Shown: positions 47,420 through 57,944 of the stretch, piece by piece
How positions within the stretch are numbered: the first letter of the stretch is position 1
How the letters are laid out: every line of letters starts with the position of its first letter
Assembly: GCA_046597055.1 (NCBI GenBank)
Contig: JBKJLC010000202.1
Span: 21,121-85,120, forward strand
Origin: Kofleriaceae bacterium
Lineage (GTDB): Bacteria > Myxococcota_A > Polyangia > Haliangiales > Haliangiaceae
Length of the DNA: 64,000 nucleotides
Reading direction: 5' to 3'
The notes under the pieces: model-generated
What the model was told of the DNA's origin: nothing
Database searches by the model: none
Seen by the model: only the letters and a program-made list of their open reading frames with translations
Program-made: the position numbers and the translations under genes

Positions 47420-50014
47420 TTGCGCGGGGTGCGCCCCACCGCGCTTGCCGCTGGCCTGCTGTTCGCCTCGGGAGCAACCGGGCTCGCGTACGAGGTCGCG
47501 TGGGCGCGCGAGCTGGGCCCAGTGCTTGGCCACACCGCCGACGCCGCCGCGGTGGTGGTCGCCGCCTACTTCGTCGGCCTCGCGGTCGGCGGCCTCGCCG
47601 GCGCGCGCCTCGCCCGCCGCCTGCGCCGACCGCTCCTCGGCTACGCCATCGCCGAGACGATCGCGGCCCTGTGGGCGCTCGCGCTGGGCCCCATCCTCGA
47701 TCTCGCCGGCGGCACCGCCCTGGCTCGCGCGCTCCACGACGCGGCCCCGCTGACCGCCGGCCTGGCCCGCGCCGGCGTCGCCTTGCTCGCGCTCCTGCCC
47801 GCGACCGTCGCGCTCGGCGTGACGATCCCGCTGGTGGCCGCCCACCTGCGCACCGTCCGTGGCGCCGCGTGGGCCTACGCAGCCAACCTCGCCGGCGCGG
47901 TGGTCGGCACCGCCCTCGCGACCTTCGTCCTCCTCGGCGCCGTCGGCGTCACCGCCACCGGCCGCCTCGCCGCCGTGCTGGCCCTCGCCGTCGCCGCGCT
48001 CGCCGCCCTCGCCAGCCGCAGAACCAACCCGGCAGGCGCCCACGCGCCTCGCCCTTCGACTCCGCCCCTCGGGCTTCGCTCAGGGACACCGGAGAGAGAC
48101 GCGTCGTCCGACTTTCGGACATCTTCCCCGTCACCTTTTCCCTCGCCCTCGCCCTCGCCCTCGCCCTCGCCCTTTCCCTCTCCCTTTCCCTCTCCCTTTC
48201 CCTCTCCCTTTCCCTCTCCCTCTCCCTCTCCTTCTCCTTCTCCCTCTCCCTTTCCTTCCCTCGCTTCCCCGACAGCCGCCCCCGGCCTCGCCCTGCTCCT
48301 CGCCATCGTCTCCGGCCTCGGCAGCGCCGCGACCCAGGTCCTCTTCACGCGCGCCCTCGCCCTCACGTTCCACAACAGCGCCTACACCTTCGGCGCGGTC
48401 ATCACGGCGTTCCTGCTCGCGCTCGCCGCCGGCGCCGCCCTCGCCGCTCGGGTCGATCGCAGTCCCGCCGCTACCCTGCGCGCCGCCGGCCGCGCTGCGC
48501 TCGCCGCCGCGATCCTGCTGCCCGGCGGCGTCCTCGTCCTGTGGGCCTCCACCCAGGGGCTCGGCTACTTCACGGCCTCCGGCGCGCTGCCCGGCTACGT
48601 CGTCGCCGCCGTCGGCCTCGCGGTCCTCGTCGTGGGGCCGCCCGTCACCGCCATGGCCTTCCTCCTCCCCCTCGCCTGGCGGCTCGGCGACGCCACCCCG
48701 GCCCGCGACGGCATCGGCGGCCCCGCCCCCGCCGTGCCGGTCGGCGCCACCATCGGCCGGCTCACCGCCGCCAACAACCTCGCCGGCGCCGCCGCCTCGC
48801 TCGCCACCGCGCTCCTGATCGCCCCGTCCCTCGGCCTCTGGAACAGCGTCGCCGCGGTCACCGCGCTCTACGCGATCACCGGCGCGGTCCTCGCGTTCCG
48901 CGCCGGCGAGCGCCGCGCCCTGATCGCGGTCGCCGTGCTCCTCGCCGCCGCCACCGCCGCGATCGCCCGCCCGATGCCACGCCTCCCCGCCGGCACCCAC
49001 CTGCTCGCCCGCTGGGAGACCGCGTACGGCTGGCTGGACGTCGTCGAGGACGCCCGCGGCGAGCGTCGCCTGCGCCAGAACCTCCACTACGGCTTCGCCT
49101 CGAGCGACAACGACCTGCGCCAGCGCCGCATGGGCCAGCTGCCGCTGCTCCTGCATCCCGAGCCCCGCCGCGCGCTGTTCCTCGGGCTCGCCACCGGCAT
49201 AACCGCCGGCGGCGCGCTCGCCGATCCCGCCCTCGAGCGCCTCGACGTCGTCGAGCTGATCCCCGAGGTCCGCGCCGCCGCCCGCCACTTCACCGCGTGG
49301 AACGGCGGCGTCCTCGACGATCCGCGCGCGCATCGCCACCACGGCGACGCGCGCTTCTGGCTGCGCGGCGCGGACGCCCGGTGGGACGTGATCGTCACCG
49401 ACCTGCAGCTGCCGTGGGCGAGCCAGACCGGCTACCTCTACGCGCTCGAGCACTACCGCGAGGTCGCGCGTCACCTCGCGCCCGGCGGCGTCCACGTCCA
49501 GTGGCTCGCGCTGTGGCAGGTCAGCCAGGCCGACCTCGAGCTCATCGCCGACACCACCCGCGCGGTGTTCCCGACCGTCGCGCTCTGGCGCGGCGACAGC
49601 TCGCGGCGCTGGGGCCTGATCGCCGTGGTCGCGTCGACCGCACCGATCACGCTCGACGCCGCGGTGCTCGCGCCGCGCATGGCTCGGCTGCGCCCGGCGC
49701 CCCGCCATCCCGATCCGGTGATCGCGTCACCACGCCGGATGGTCGAGCTCTACATCGGCGACTGGCCGGCGCGCGCGCGCGCGCCGCTCAATCACGACGA
49801 CACCCTGCGCCTCGAGCTCGATGCGCCCAAGAGCGATCGCCAGCGCACCGCGCTGACCGGCGAGCGGCTGGTCGGCTTCTACCGCACCGTGCTCGCACCG
49901 CTGACGCGCGCGGCCGTGCAGTTCACGCCGGCGGCCGGAGATCCCCCGTGGGATCCCGATGGTGGCGTGCGCATGCAGATGGGTGCCGCCGGCGAAGACG
50001 GCACCCCACCCTGA
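47420..50014 (+). CDS. Fused MFS-like membrane domain / spermidine synthase-like methyltransferase
   Basis: SGATGLAYEVAWAREL, YAANLAGA, LFLGLATGITA, VVELIPEV, DARFWL, DVIV, LAPGG..QW. Confidence 0.9.
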   Translation: MRGVRPTALAAGLLFASGATGLAYEVAWARELGPVLGHTADAAAVVVAAYFVGLAVGGLAGARLARRLRRPLLGYAIAETIAALWALALGPILDLAGGTALARALHDAAPLTAGLARAGVALLALLPATVALGVTIPLVAAHLRTVRGAAWAYAANLAGAVVGTALATFVLLGAVGVTATGRLAAVLALAVAALAALASRRTNPAGAHAPRPSTPPLGLRSGTPERDASSDFRTSSPSPFPSPSPSPSPSPFPSPFPSPFPSPFPSPSPSPSPSPSPFPSLASPTAAPGLALLLAIVSGLGSAATQVLFTRALALTFHNSAYTFGAVITAFLLALAAGAALAARVDRSPAATLRAAGRAALAAAILLPGGVLVLWASTQGLGYFTASGALPGYVVAAVGLAVLVVGPPVTAMAFLLPLAWRLGDATPARDGIGGPAPAVPVGATIGRLTAANNLAGAAASLATALLIAPSLGLWNSVAAVTALYAITGAVLAFRAGERRALIAVAVLLAAATAAIARPMPRLPAGTHLLARWETAYGWLDVVEDARGERRLRQNLHYGFASSDNDLRQRRMGQLPLLLHPEPRRALFLGLATGITAGGALADPALERLDVVELIPEVRAAARHFTAWNGGVLDDPRAHRHHGDARFWLRGADARWDVIVTDLQLPWASQTGYLYALEHYREVARHLAPGGVHVQWLALWQVSQADLELIADTTRAVFPTVALWRGDSSRRWGLIAVVASTAPITLDAAVLAPRMARLRPAPRHPDPVIASPRRMVELYIGDWPARARAPLNHDDTLRLELDAPKSDRQRTALTGERLVGFYRTVLAPLTRAAVQFTPAAGDPPWDPDGGVRMQMGAAGEDGTPP
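48052..48085. repeat. REP-like element CCCTTCGACTCCG...CTTCGCTCAGGG inside a CDS
   Basis: Matches the CCCTTCGAC...GCTCAGGG REP-like palindrome pattern and lies in a linker with atypical codons. Confidence 0.55.
48123..48269 (+). repeat. Hexamer microsatellite (CCCTCN/CCCTTT) encoding (SP/FP)n
   Basis: Pyrimidine-rich tandem hexamers translating to SPSPFPSPSPSPSPSPFPSPFP... Confidence 0.9.
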
Positions 50015-50020
50015 CCATCA

Positions 50021-50050
50021 GAGGGTGCGATTCTATCGAATCTCGCCCTC
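50021..50050. terminator. Hairpin between convergent genes
   Basis: GAGGGTGCGATTC-TATC-GAATCTCGCCCTC followed by CCTTT. Confidence 0.45.
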
Positions 50051-50139
50051 CCTTTCGATCGGTCGGCCGCGGGCCAGAGCCCGCGCCCGCGCCCGATCTG
50101 TACGGAACCAGAGCGCTTCGGCTCGGCTCAGGTCAGGGG

Positions 50140-50736
50140 CTACCAGTCGCCGTCTTCGCCACGACGCCGGTTGCCGCCGCCGCGCTTGCCCTTCTCGGGC
50201 TCGGGCGGGCCACCGGTGCGGCCCTTGCCGCCACCAGGACCGCGTCGCGCATCGGCTCCGCCCGGCGGCGAGTTCGCGCCGAAGCGCGGCACCGTCGGGC
50301 CGTTGCCGCCCGGCGGGACGCCGTACGGGCGCGCGGGAGGCGCGCCGTACCCGCCACCGCCACCAGCCGGAGCGCCGCCGCCGCCGCCGGCATAGCCACC
50401 GCCGCCGCCGCCAGGCGCGCCGCCGTAGCCACCGGTCGGACCGCCAGCGCCACCGCTGTACGGACGCGGCGGGCCGCCGCGCGACTCACGCTCGCGAGCC
50501 TCGTTGATGCGAAGCTGACGGCCGTCCATGTCGGCGCCGTCGAGCTCCTTCAAGGCTTGCTGCGCGAACTCGGACGTCGACATCTCGACGAACGCGAATC
50601 CGCGGGAACGACCGGTCTCTCGATCCATGATGATCGAGACGCTGGTTACTTCTCTGCCGTTGGCCGAGAACAGTTCCCTGAGCGACGACTCGGTGGTGTT
50701 GTAGTTCAGGTTGCCCACGTAGAGCTTCGTACCCAT
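50140..50736 (-). CDS. RRM-type RNA-binding protein with Gly/Pro/Tyr-rich tail
   Basis: RNP2 KLYVGNL, RNP1 RSRGFAFVEM, GRQLRINEARER. Confidence 0.96.
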   Translation of the reverse strand: MGTKLYVGNLNYNTTESSLRELFSANGREVTSVSIIMDRETGRSRGFAFVEMSTSEFAQQALKELDGADMDGRQLRINEARERESRGGPPRPYSGGAGGPTGGYGGAPGGGGGGYAGGGGGAPAGGGGGYGAPPARPYGVPPGGNGPTVPRFGANSPPGGADARRGPGGGKGRTGGPPEPEKGKRGGGNRRRGEDGDW

Positions 50737-50970
50737 GACAGTCGAGATCTCCTGCGCTTTGCTTCGAGAAACGGTTGAAATCAGATCGGGGGAAAACGGT
50801 CGCGACGAGTCCGTGGTTAGCTCCACGGGGAAACCGTCCCAGAGGCTATCACGGGCCGGCCAGGCCGCGACATCAATGACGTGACACGACCGGATCGGGG
50901 GGTGTAATGGGGCCTAAACCGGCGAACACCCTCGAATCTCGCGGCACCACTGGTCGCGATGGAGGGCTCC

Positions 50971-51114
50971 ATGCCCCTTCTCACCTGTGCCGCCTGCGCC
51001 GGCCTCGTCCCCGCCACCCGCCGCCGCGGCCTCCACTGTGACGCTCCTCTCACCATGCGGCTCGGCTGGCTGCGCCGCACGCTCGGCGCCGCCACCGCCG
51101 GGGTCACACCGTAG
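50971..51114 (+). CDS. Small 47-aa protein, degenerate zinc-ribbon-like (not in ORF track)
   Basis: GGAGGG RBS. MPLLTCAACAGLVPATRRRGLHCDAPL...GVTP*. Confidence 0.45.
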   Translation: MPLLTCAACAGLVPATRRRGLHCDAPLTMRLGWLRRTLGAATAGVTP

Positions 51115-51164
51115 CCGCGGCGGCTTTCGGTCCGCGCGCGCGCGAGGCAACCTCGCGGGGACCG

Positions 51165-54100
51165 ATGGCGTTGCCGTACCCGCACCGGATCGCGCTCCTG
51201 CCGCCCGTGCTCTCGCTGGGCGCGGGCGCGGGCGCGCGCGGGCTGCTCTACGCCAAGCTGTTCGGCGCCATCATCGCCGACCACCTGGCGCGCCACCCCG
51301 TCATCTCGGTGTTCGATCCCGAGGACCAGACGATGGCGGATCGCAGCGGCACGCTGGTCGACGCCACCCACCCCGACGTCGAGCGCGCGGTCGACTGGTT
51401 CTTCCGCACCGGACGGCGCGACGAGATCCTGTGGCTCGAGCTCGGCCTCGATCCGGCGCGGACGAGCGCCCCGGTCCACCTGCGCGCGCGCCGACCGCGC
51501 GGCGCGCTCGCCGACTACCGCGGCGAGGGCGCGACCCTGTCGGAGCAGCTCGGCCACGCCCTCGCGCAGTGGCTGGCCGAGCGGCGGCTGGCCGGCGCCG
51601 GCGCGATGCCGCCGTTCACCGCCGACGACGTCCACGAGGTGGTGGCCGAGCTGGCCCGGACCCTGGCCGCGGTCGCGCCCCGCGACGACAACGCCCAGCC
51701 CACGATCCCCGAGGGGCTGCTGGCACCGCCGCCCCGGCTGGCGACCGCGTACTTCCGCGTGCTCGAGGATCTCGCCCACGTCGATCCGGCGATCCTCGAC
51801 GCCCGGCTGCTCTCGGTCGATCCGGATCACCTGCTGGCCCGGCTCAACCGGGTGCTGGCCCAGCTCGGCGCCGGCACCTCGCGCCGCGACCTGCTGGCGA
51901 TCGTCGCCGAGGCGCCGATGCTCGGCACGCCCCACCTGTCGATCCACGGCGAGGAGTTCGACGACGATCGCCGCGACGAGGGCATGGCGCTCCGCCACCA
52001 GGGCCTCGCCGCGCAGCTGCAGCCGGCCAGCCCGTGGGCGTGCCGGCGCTACGCGCTCGAGCTGTGCGACGCCGGCCGGTTCGAGGAGGCCTACCGCTGG
52101 TTCGACCGCGCGGTGGTCGCCAACCCGGGCGTGCGCATCGCGATGCTCGACGCGATCCGTACGCTGCGCGAGTGCCAGCGCACCGGCGCGACCTTCGCCG
52201 AGACCGCGCGTCGCTGCGGCGAGCTGCTCACCTCGATGCGCGAGGGCCGCGCCCACCCCGATCGTGCGCTGCGCCGCGACGCGGGCTTGCTGGTCGCGCA
52301 GGCTCACCTCGACGCCGGCCGACTCGACGACGCGATCGCGATCGCGATCGACCCGGGCGACCCGACCAGCGCGAGCGTCGGCGGCGGTGACGACGACGAT
52401 CCGCTGCGCCCGCTCCTGCGCGACTGGCGCGAGGACCCCGAGCTGTTCGCGCGCGCGTACGCGTGGGAGGGCTTCCACCGCGGCGAGCTGGGCCGGGTGC
52501 TGGCCGGGTTCGGACGCGGCAGCGTGACCACCGCCGAGGACGCGCGCATCCTGGTCGAGGCGCTGACCGCGCTCGGCCGCGACGACGAGGCGGTGATCGC
52601 GTTCCACCACGCGCTCGGATCGGGTCGCACCGGCGTGGTCGGCTTCGGCCGCACCCGTCTCGCCGGCGCGCGCGCGATGATCCTCACCGGCGATCTCGAC
52701 GGCGCGATCGCGCAGCTGCAGACCGCGCAGCTGCGCCGCGGCCAGTACCGGCTCGAGGCCGAGGTCAACCGCACGCTGCGGCTGGCCGCGATCCATCCCG
52801 GGTCGGCCTGGGCCGCCGTGATCGAACGCCTGCTCGCGCGCGGCGCCCGGACCCTCGCGCGCATGGCGGCTCGCGACCTCGCCGACTTCGTGCCCGGCCT
52901 CGACCTGGGGGTGGTCCACGCCGCGCTCCGCGAGCCGCGCCCGCTCACCATCGAGCCGGGCTGGCTGCTCGGGTTCGCCACCGACCTCGGGCTCGATCCG
53001 GCGATCGCCGCGCGGGTCGACGAGCGGCTGGCCCGACCGCTCGAGGTCACGCTGGCCGCGGCCGACGAGCTGGCCGCCAGGTGGTTCATGGCGGTGCCCC
53101 CGCCGGCGCGCGACGCCACCCTGCACGCCAACGCCGCGGTCTACGCGCTCGGCCTGGCGATCGCAGAGTACTTCGCGAGCAGCGCGGGCCGGCCCTCGCC
53201 GATCGCCGGCGGCTACCGCCAGATCGCGACCGACGCGCTGCACCTGTGTCACCGGGCCCGGTTCGAGATCAGCGAGTCGGCGACCCGCGGGCTGCTGGCG
53301 CTGCTCGAGCAGATCCCGGTCGACGACGAGGTGCTCGATCCGTGGCTGCTTCGCATCGAGCGCGCCCTCGATCTCGAGGCGACCTGGGGCGGCTACTTGC
53401 CGTACCTGGTCGCCGACCTGCCCCGGGTGCGCCGGCTGCTGCGCGGCGACGAGCGGATCGGCTGGGAGCTGCGGCTCGCCCACGACCTGCGCGCCGACGG
53501 CAGCCAGCTCGAGCCGGCCGAGCGCCTGTTCGCGCGCACCGCGATCGCGGCCGACGACTGGGCGGTGTTCCGGACCTGGTCCGACGTCGCCGCGCTCGCA
53601 CTACCGGGCCCGGACGCGCTCGACGTGCACTGGACCTGCGCGCGCGCCAACCCCGGCACCAACGCGGTCGCGTGGGTCCACGCCGCGCGCGCGCTGTTCG
53701 CCGCCGGCCGCAGCGACGAGGCGGTCGCGACCCTGTCGTGCGCCTACGGCAACACCACGCCCGAGTGGCGACAGGCGTCGATCGCCGGCTTCGAGGAGCT
53801 CTGGCGCGCGGCCGAGGTCGACGTGCCGTTCGGGCTCGACGACGCCTGCCGGACCGCGCACGCCGCGGTCGCCACCGGCGATCTGGCCCGGGCCGAGCGC
53901 TGTATGCGTTGGGCGTGCGCGCGCGATCCAGCCAGCCCCGAGCTGGCCCGCGAGCTCGGCGTGATCGTGGGCCTGCGCGGCGATGCGCCCGAGGCGGTGC
54001 GCGCGTTCGCCCACGCCGATCGCGAGCACGCCGCCTGGCAGGCCGGGGTCGCGCTGTTCCAGCACGGTCGGCCGGTCGAGGCGGTGCGCGCGCTGCGGCT

Positions 54101-54890
54101 GGCCGCGCTGCGCTTCCGCACCGCCGACGAGTGGCGCTTCCTGGCCACCGCCGCCTGGTACGCCGAGGATCCCGAGACCGCCGCGGCCGCGTGCCGCGCG
54201 ATGATCGCGGCCGGGGCACCGTCGGATCCGCCGACGCTACACCTGCTGCTGTCGGGGCTGGTGCGCAGCGGCCAGTGGGCCGAGGCCGAGCAGGCGGCCC
54301 AGCGGCTGGGCGCGATCGCGGGCGCCGATCCGACCTGGGCCGCGCTCGCCGCCGGCGGCCGGGCGCGCGCGCTGTGCGGACAGGGTCGCTACGGCGAGGC
54401 GCTGCCGTGGGCCGAGCGCGCGGCCGCGATGAACGGCGTCGCCGAGCACGCCCCCGAGCTGGCCGACACCCTCGCGTGCGCGCGCAACCGCACCCCGCCA
54501 GCCCACCGGCCCGGCGCCCGCAGCCGGCCCGGCGCCCGCGCGCTCGCGCTCCTGGTCGCGGGCGACGTCGCCGGGTGCGCCCGGATGGCGCGCGACGGCA
54601 CCACCTGGGACGTGCGCACCGCCGAGCTGCTCGCGGCCGCGGTGCGCGCCCCTGGCGAGGACGATCGCCTGCTCAGCCCGCGCGCGCTCGAGGCGGCCAG
54701 CGGGATCCTCGATCGCTCGTGCGGCGCGGTCGAGCGCGACGCGGTGCGGGCCCGGATCCTGGCCCTGCGCATCGTCGAGGACGCCTTCATCCAGATCGAT
54801 CCGCCGCCCCCGCTGGGCGCGCGGGTCGACGCCGCCGCCTTCGAGCGGCTGTGGGCCGACCGGCTCGCCCGCCAGCGCCCAGCCACCTGA
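51165..54890 (+). CDS. Large TPR-like helical repeat protein
   Basis: 1241 aa with repeated AGRFEEAY, AGRLDDA, AGRSDEA, GRPVEA and QGRYGEAL helical motifs. Confidence 0.75.
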   Translation: MALPYPHRIALLPPVLSLGAGAGARGLLYAKLFGAIIADHLARHPVISVFDPEDQTMADRSGTLVDATHPDVERAVDWFFRTGRRDEILWLELGLDPARTSAPVHLRARRPRGALADYRGEGATLSEQLGHALAQWLAERRLAGAGAMPPFTADDVHEVVAELARTLAAVAPRDDNAQPTIPEGLLAPPPRLATAYFRVLEDLAHVDPAILDARLLSVDPDHLLARLNRVLAQLGAGTSRRDLLAIVAEAPMLGTPHLSIHGEEFDDDRRDEGMALRHQGLAAQLQPASPWACRRYALELCDAGRFEEAYRWFDRAVVANPGVRIAMLDAIRTLRECQRTGATFAETARRCGELLTSMREGRAHPDRALRRDAGLLVAQAHLDAGRLDDAIAIAIDPGDPTSASVGGGDDDDPLRPLLRDWREDPELFARAYAWEGFHRGELGRVLAGFGRGSVTTAEDARILVEALTALGRDDEAVIAFHHALGSGRTGVVGFGRTRLAGARAMILTGDLDGAIAQLQTAQLRRGQYRLEAEVNRTLRLAAIHPGSAWAAVIERLLARGARTLARMAARDLADFVPGLDLGVVHAALREPRPLTIEPGWLLGFATDLGLDPAIAARVDERLARPLEVTLAAADELAARWFMAVPPPARDATLHANAAVYALGLAIAEYFASSAGRPSPIAGGYRQIATDALHLCHRARFEISESATRGLLALLEQIPVDDEVLDPWLLRIERALDLEATWGGYLPYLVADLPRVRRLLRGDERIGWELRLAHDLRADGSQLEPAERLFARTAIAADDWAVFRTWSDVAALALPGPDALDVHWTCARANPGTNAVAWVHAARALFAAGRSDEAVATLSCAYGNTTPEWRQASIAGFEELWRAAEVDVPFGLDDACRTAHAAVATGDLARAERCMRWACARDPASPELARELGVIVGLRGDAPEAVRAFAHADREHAAWQAGVALFQHGRPVEAVRALRLAALRFRTADEWRFLATAAWYAEDPETAAAACRAMIAAGAPSDPPTLHLLLSGLVRSGQWAEAEQAAQRLGAIAGADPTWAALAAGGRARALCGQGRYGEALPWAERAAAMNGVAEHAPELADTLACARNRTPPAHRPGARSRPGARALALLVAGDVAGCARMARDGTTWDVRTAELLAAAVRAPGEDDRLLSPRALEAASGILDRSCGAVERDAVRARILALRIVEDAFIQIDPPPPLGARVDAAAFERLWADRLARQRPAT

Positions 54891-54927
54891 TCGGGCGCCA
54901 CCAGCGGCAGACGGCCGGGACCCGGGA

Positions 54928-55923
54928 TCAGCGCCAGGCGACCGCGCACAGCTCGTGGCGGTTGGCCGGCAGGTGCGTGACCTCGACCCGCTTGAAGCCC
55001 ATCTCGCGCAGCCGCTCGAGGTAGGTCGGCAGCCCGCGCCGGATCGCGGCGTCATTCATCTTGAGGGTCACCACCGCGCCGCGCAGCGACTTCTTCCACG
55101 CGGGCACCAGGCGGGTCAGGCCGTGCAGCGCGACCGGCGGCGCCAGGTGGACGTCGCACAGGAGCCAGTCGACCGCGCGCGGCAGCGACTCCCACCGCAC
55201 CGCCGCCAGCGACTCGGTGAGGTGATGGACCCGCGCGCCGCGGGGCCCGACGTACGCGAGCACGCCGGGATCCATCGCGGCCGGATCGACGCCCCACACG
55301 GTCACCCCGCGCCGGGCCAGCGCCAGCGCGGCGCCGCCGGGAGCGCTGCCGATCTCGACCGCGACCTGGCCGGCGACCAGCGGCAGCTCGGCCCACGCGA
55401 TCGCCTCCTCGAGCTTCGCGTACGCGCGCGACGGCGACTCGGCCGGTACCTCGACCGCCCACCCGCCACCGGGCCACGGCGAGCGCAGCGGCCCGTGTCG
55501 GTGCAGCCCGCAGAACCACGGCTCGCCAGGCGCGATGATGATGTCGGCGACCCGCTCGCCGGCCCGCGCCCGCGGCTCGTCGTCGAACCGACCCAGCGCC
55601 ATGAGCGCGGTGCGCACCTCGGTCACCTCGGCCGCGGCGCCGTCGGCCTCGGGCTCGCGGGCGAACACGTGCAGCCGGCGCACGTCGGGCGGGATCAGCG
55701 CGGCGGCGTCCTCGGCGCCGGTGGCGGCGCGCCCGATCGAGGCGCCCCACACCCGCGCCCACGGGCTGGGCCGGGCCACATCGGGACTGCCGTCGCCGTC
55801 GACCTTGAACGTCACCAGCCCCGGCCGCGAGAACGCGAGCCGCAGCGCCGGCTGTCCGACAGCGACGTCTTCCTTCAGCTCCGCTTCGAAGCCCGGCTGG
55901 CAGATCGCGAAGACAAAGCCCAT
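54928..55923 (-). CDS. rlmM: RlmM-like 23S rRNA 2'-O-methyltransferase
   Basis: CQPGFEAEL, SPWPGG, SPSRAYAKLEEA, EIGSAPGG, DWLLCD, TLKM, NRHE. Confidence 0.75.
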   Translation of the reverse strand: MGFVFAICQPGFEAELKEDVAVGQPALRLAFSRPGLVTFKVDGDGSPDVARPSPWARVWGASIGRAATGAEDAAALIPPDVRRLHVFAREPEADGAAAEVTEVRTALMALGRFDDEPRARAGERVADIIIAPGEPWFCGLHRHGPLRSPWPGGGWAVEVPAESPSRAYAKLEEAIAWAELPLVAGQVAVEIGSAPGGAALALARRGVTVWGVDPAAMDPGVLAYVGPRGARVHHLTESLAAVRWESLPRAVDWLLCDVHLAPPVALHGLTRLVPAWKKSLRGAVVTLKMNDAAIRRGLPTYLERLREMGFKRVEVTHLPANRHELCAVAWR

Positions 55924-55957
55924 CAGTCGGCCCACCTTACTATGGTAAGGACCGCGC

Positions 55958-57046
55958 ATGCTCTACCGGGCGCTGTTCTGGCTCGTGCTGCGGCACCTCC
56001 CGGCCGAGACCGCGCATCACGCTGGCTTCGGGCTGCTGCGTGGCCTGGCCTGGATGCCCGGGGCCGTGCCGCTGCTGCGCTGGCTGTGCACCGCGCGCGA
56101 TCCGGCGCTGCGGGTGCGCGTGTTCGGGCGCGAGCTGCCGTCGCCGCTCGGGCTCGCCGCCGGCTTCGACAAGGACGGCCAGGGCCCGGCCGCCCTGGCG
56201 GCGCTCGGCTTCGGCGCGATCGAGGTCGGCACGATCACCGCGCAGCCGCAGCCGGGCAACCCGACCCCGCGCATGTTCCGGCTGACCCGCGATCGCGCGC
56301 TGATCAACCGGCTCGGCTTCAACAACCAGGGCGCCGAGGTCGCGGCCCGCCGCCTGGCCCGCCGGCCCGCGGTGCCGCTGCTCGGCCTCAACATCGGCAA
56401 GACCAAGCTCGTCCCCGACGACGGCGCGCTCGCTGACTACGCCGCGTCGGCCGAGCGGCTGGCCCCGCTCGCCGACTACCTGGTCGTCAACGTCAGCTCG
56501 CCCAACACGCCAGGCCTGCGCGACCTGCAGGCGGTCGGCAAGCTGCGGCCGCTGCTCGTCCACGTCCGCGCCACCCTCGACCGCGCGTCGCCCGACCGGC
56601 GGGTCCCGCTGCTGGTGAAGATCGCGCCCGACCTGGCCGACGACGACGTCGACGCGGTCGCGGATCTCGCGCTCGAGCTCGGCCTCGACGGCATCATCGC
56701 GACCAACACCACGATCGCGCGCACCGGCCTGACGACCCCGCCGGGCGCGGTGGCAGCGCTCGGCGCCGGCGGCCTGTCGGGCGCGCCGCTGCGCGCTCGC
56801 GCGCTCGAGGTGCTGCGCCGCCTGCGGGCACGCACCGGCGACCGGCTGGTGCTGATCGCCGCGGGTGGCATCGAGACCGCCGACGACGCCTGGGCCCGCA
56901 TCCGCGCCGGCGCCACGCTGGTCCAGGGCTACACCGGGTTCGTCTACGGCGGCCCGCTGTGGCCGCGCCGCATCCACCGCGGCCTGTCGCGCCACCTCGC
57001 GGCCCGCGGGCTCACGCTCACCGACGCCATCGGCACCGACGCCTGA
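55958..57046 (+). CDS. pyrD: Quinone-dependent dihydroorotate dehydrogenase (class 2)
   Basis: [56 protein letters not shown]. Confidence 0.97.
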   Translation: MLYRALFWLVLRHLPAETAHHAGFGLLRGLAWMPGAVPLLRWLCTARDPALRVRVFGRELPSPLGLAAGFDKDGQGPAALAALGFGAIEVGTITAQPQPGNPTPRMFRLTRDRALINRLGFNNQGAEVAARRLARRPAVPLLGLNIGKTKLVPDDGALADYAASAERLAPLADYLVVNVSSPNTPGLRDLQAVGKLRPLLVHVRATLDRASPDRRVPLLVKIAPDLADDDVDAVADLALELGLDGIIATNTTIARTGLTTPPGAVAALGAGGLSGAPLRARALEVLRRLRARTGDRLVLIAAGGIETADDAWARIRAGATLVQGYTGFVYGGPLWPRRIHRGLSRHLAARGLTLTDAIGTDA

Positions 57047-57109
57047 CGGCGCGTCGGGCCCACCCGGCCGCGACCGGCCTCCACGCCTGACCGCGCCGCG
57101 CGAGCAGCA

Positions 57110-57838
57110 TCACCCCGTCGTCGGCCAGCCCGCCGCGGCCCCCCGCGCCGCGATCAGGGCCGTGCTGGCTGTCCGCATCTCGGACAGCCTGGGATGACCG
57201 GTGAAGTGCAGCCGGGCCAGGAGGTCGGCCAGCTCGCCGGGCCCCCCCGTCGGCAGCCGCACCGGCGTCGGCACCCGCGCCAGCGTGACCGCGAAGCCAG
57301 CGGCCTCGAGCACGGTGGCCGCGCGGGCGGCCAGCCAGCCGTGGTGCGCCGACGGCTGACCGGCGATCGCGGCCTCGCACAGGTAGACCTCGACCAGGTC
57401 GTTGCCGGGCGCGGCCTGCACGATCACCACCCGGTCACGCGCGATCCGCGCGAGCTCGGCGACCGCCCGGGTCGGCTCGTCGGTGTACTGCAGCACCCAG
57501 GTCGCGATCGCGGCGTCGGCGCCGCGATCGGGCACCGGCACGTCCCCGGCGCGCCCGGCGACCACGGTGAGCCCGGCCGGCAGGTGCGCCCGCTGCTCGG
57601 CGCTTGGCTCGACGATCGTGACCGGCGCGACCCGCGCCGCGAGCGCCTGGGTGATGAGCCCGGTGCCGCCGCCGACGTCGACGATCGAGCCAACCCCGGC
57701 GAGCGCGACGATCAGCGCCTCGATCTCGTCGGCCGAGTCGAGCAGCGCGGCCAGCGCGCGCCACGCGGTCGGGTCGAGGCGCTCGGGTCCCCAGAACCTC
57801 GCCGGAACCGGCCGGTCCGGATCGCACAGCGGGTGCAT
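57110..57838 (-). CDS. Class I SAM-dependent methyltransferase
   Basis: VDVGGGTG, VEPS, ADAAIATWVLQY..ELARIAR. Confidence 0.85.
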   Translation of the reverse strand: MHPLCDPDRPVPARFWGPERLDPTAWRALAALLDSADEIEALIVALAGVGSIVDVGGGTGLITQALAARVAPVTIVEPSAEQRAHLPAGLTVVAGRAGDVPVPDRGADAAIATWVLQYTDEPTRAVAELARIARDRVVIVQAAPGNDLVEVYLCEAAIAGQPSAHHGWLAARAATVLEAAGFAVTLARVPTPVRLPTGGPGELADLLARLHFTGHPRLSEMRTASTALIAARGAAAGWPTTG

Positions 57839-57944
57839 CAGCCAGCGTGCCAGGCTCAGGCCGACAGGATCGCACACCGCGCGACCGCAGCCAGCGCCGG
57901 CCTCGGTTCCCACCCCGTGGTACGGTGCCGCCGAGTCCGACCCG

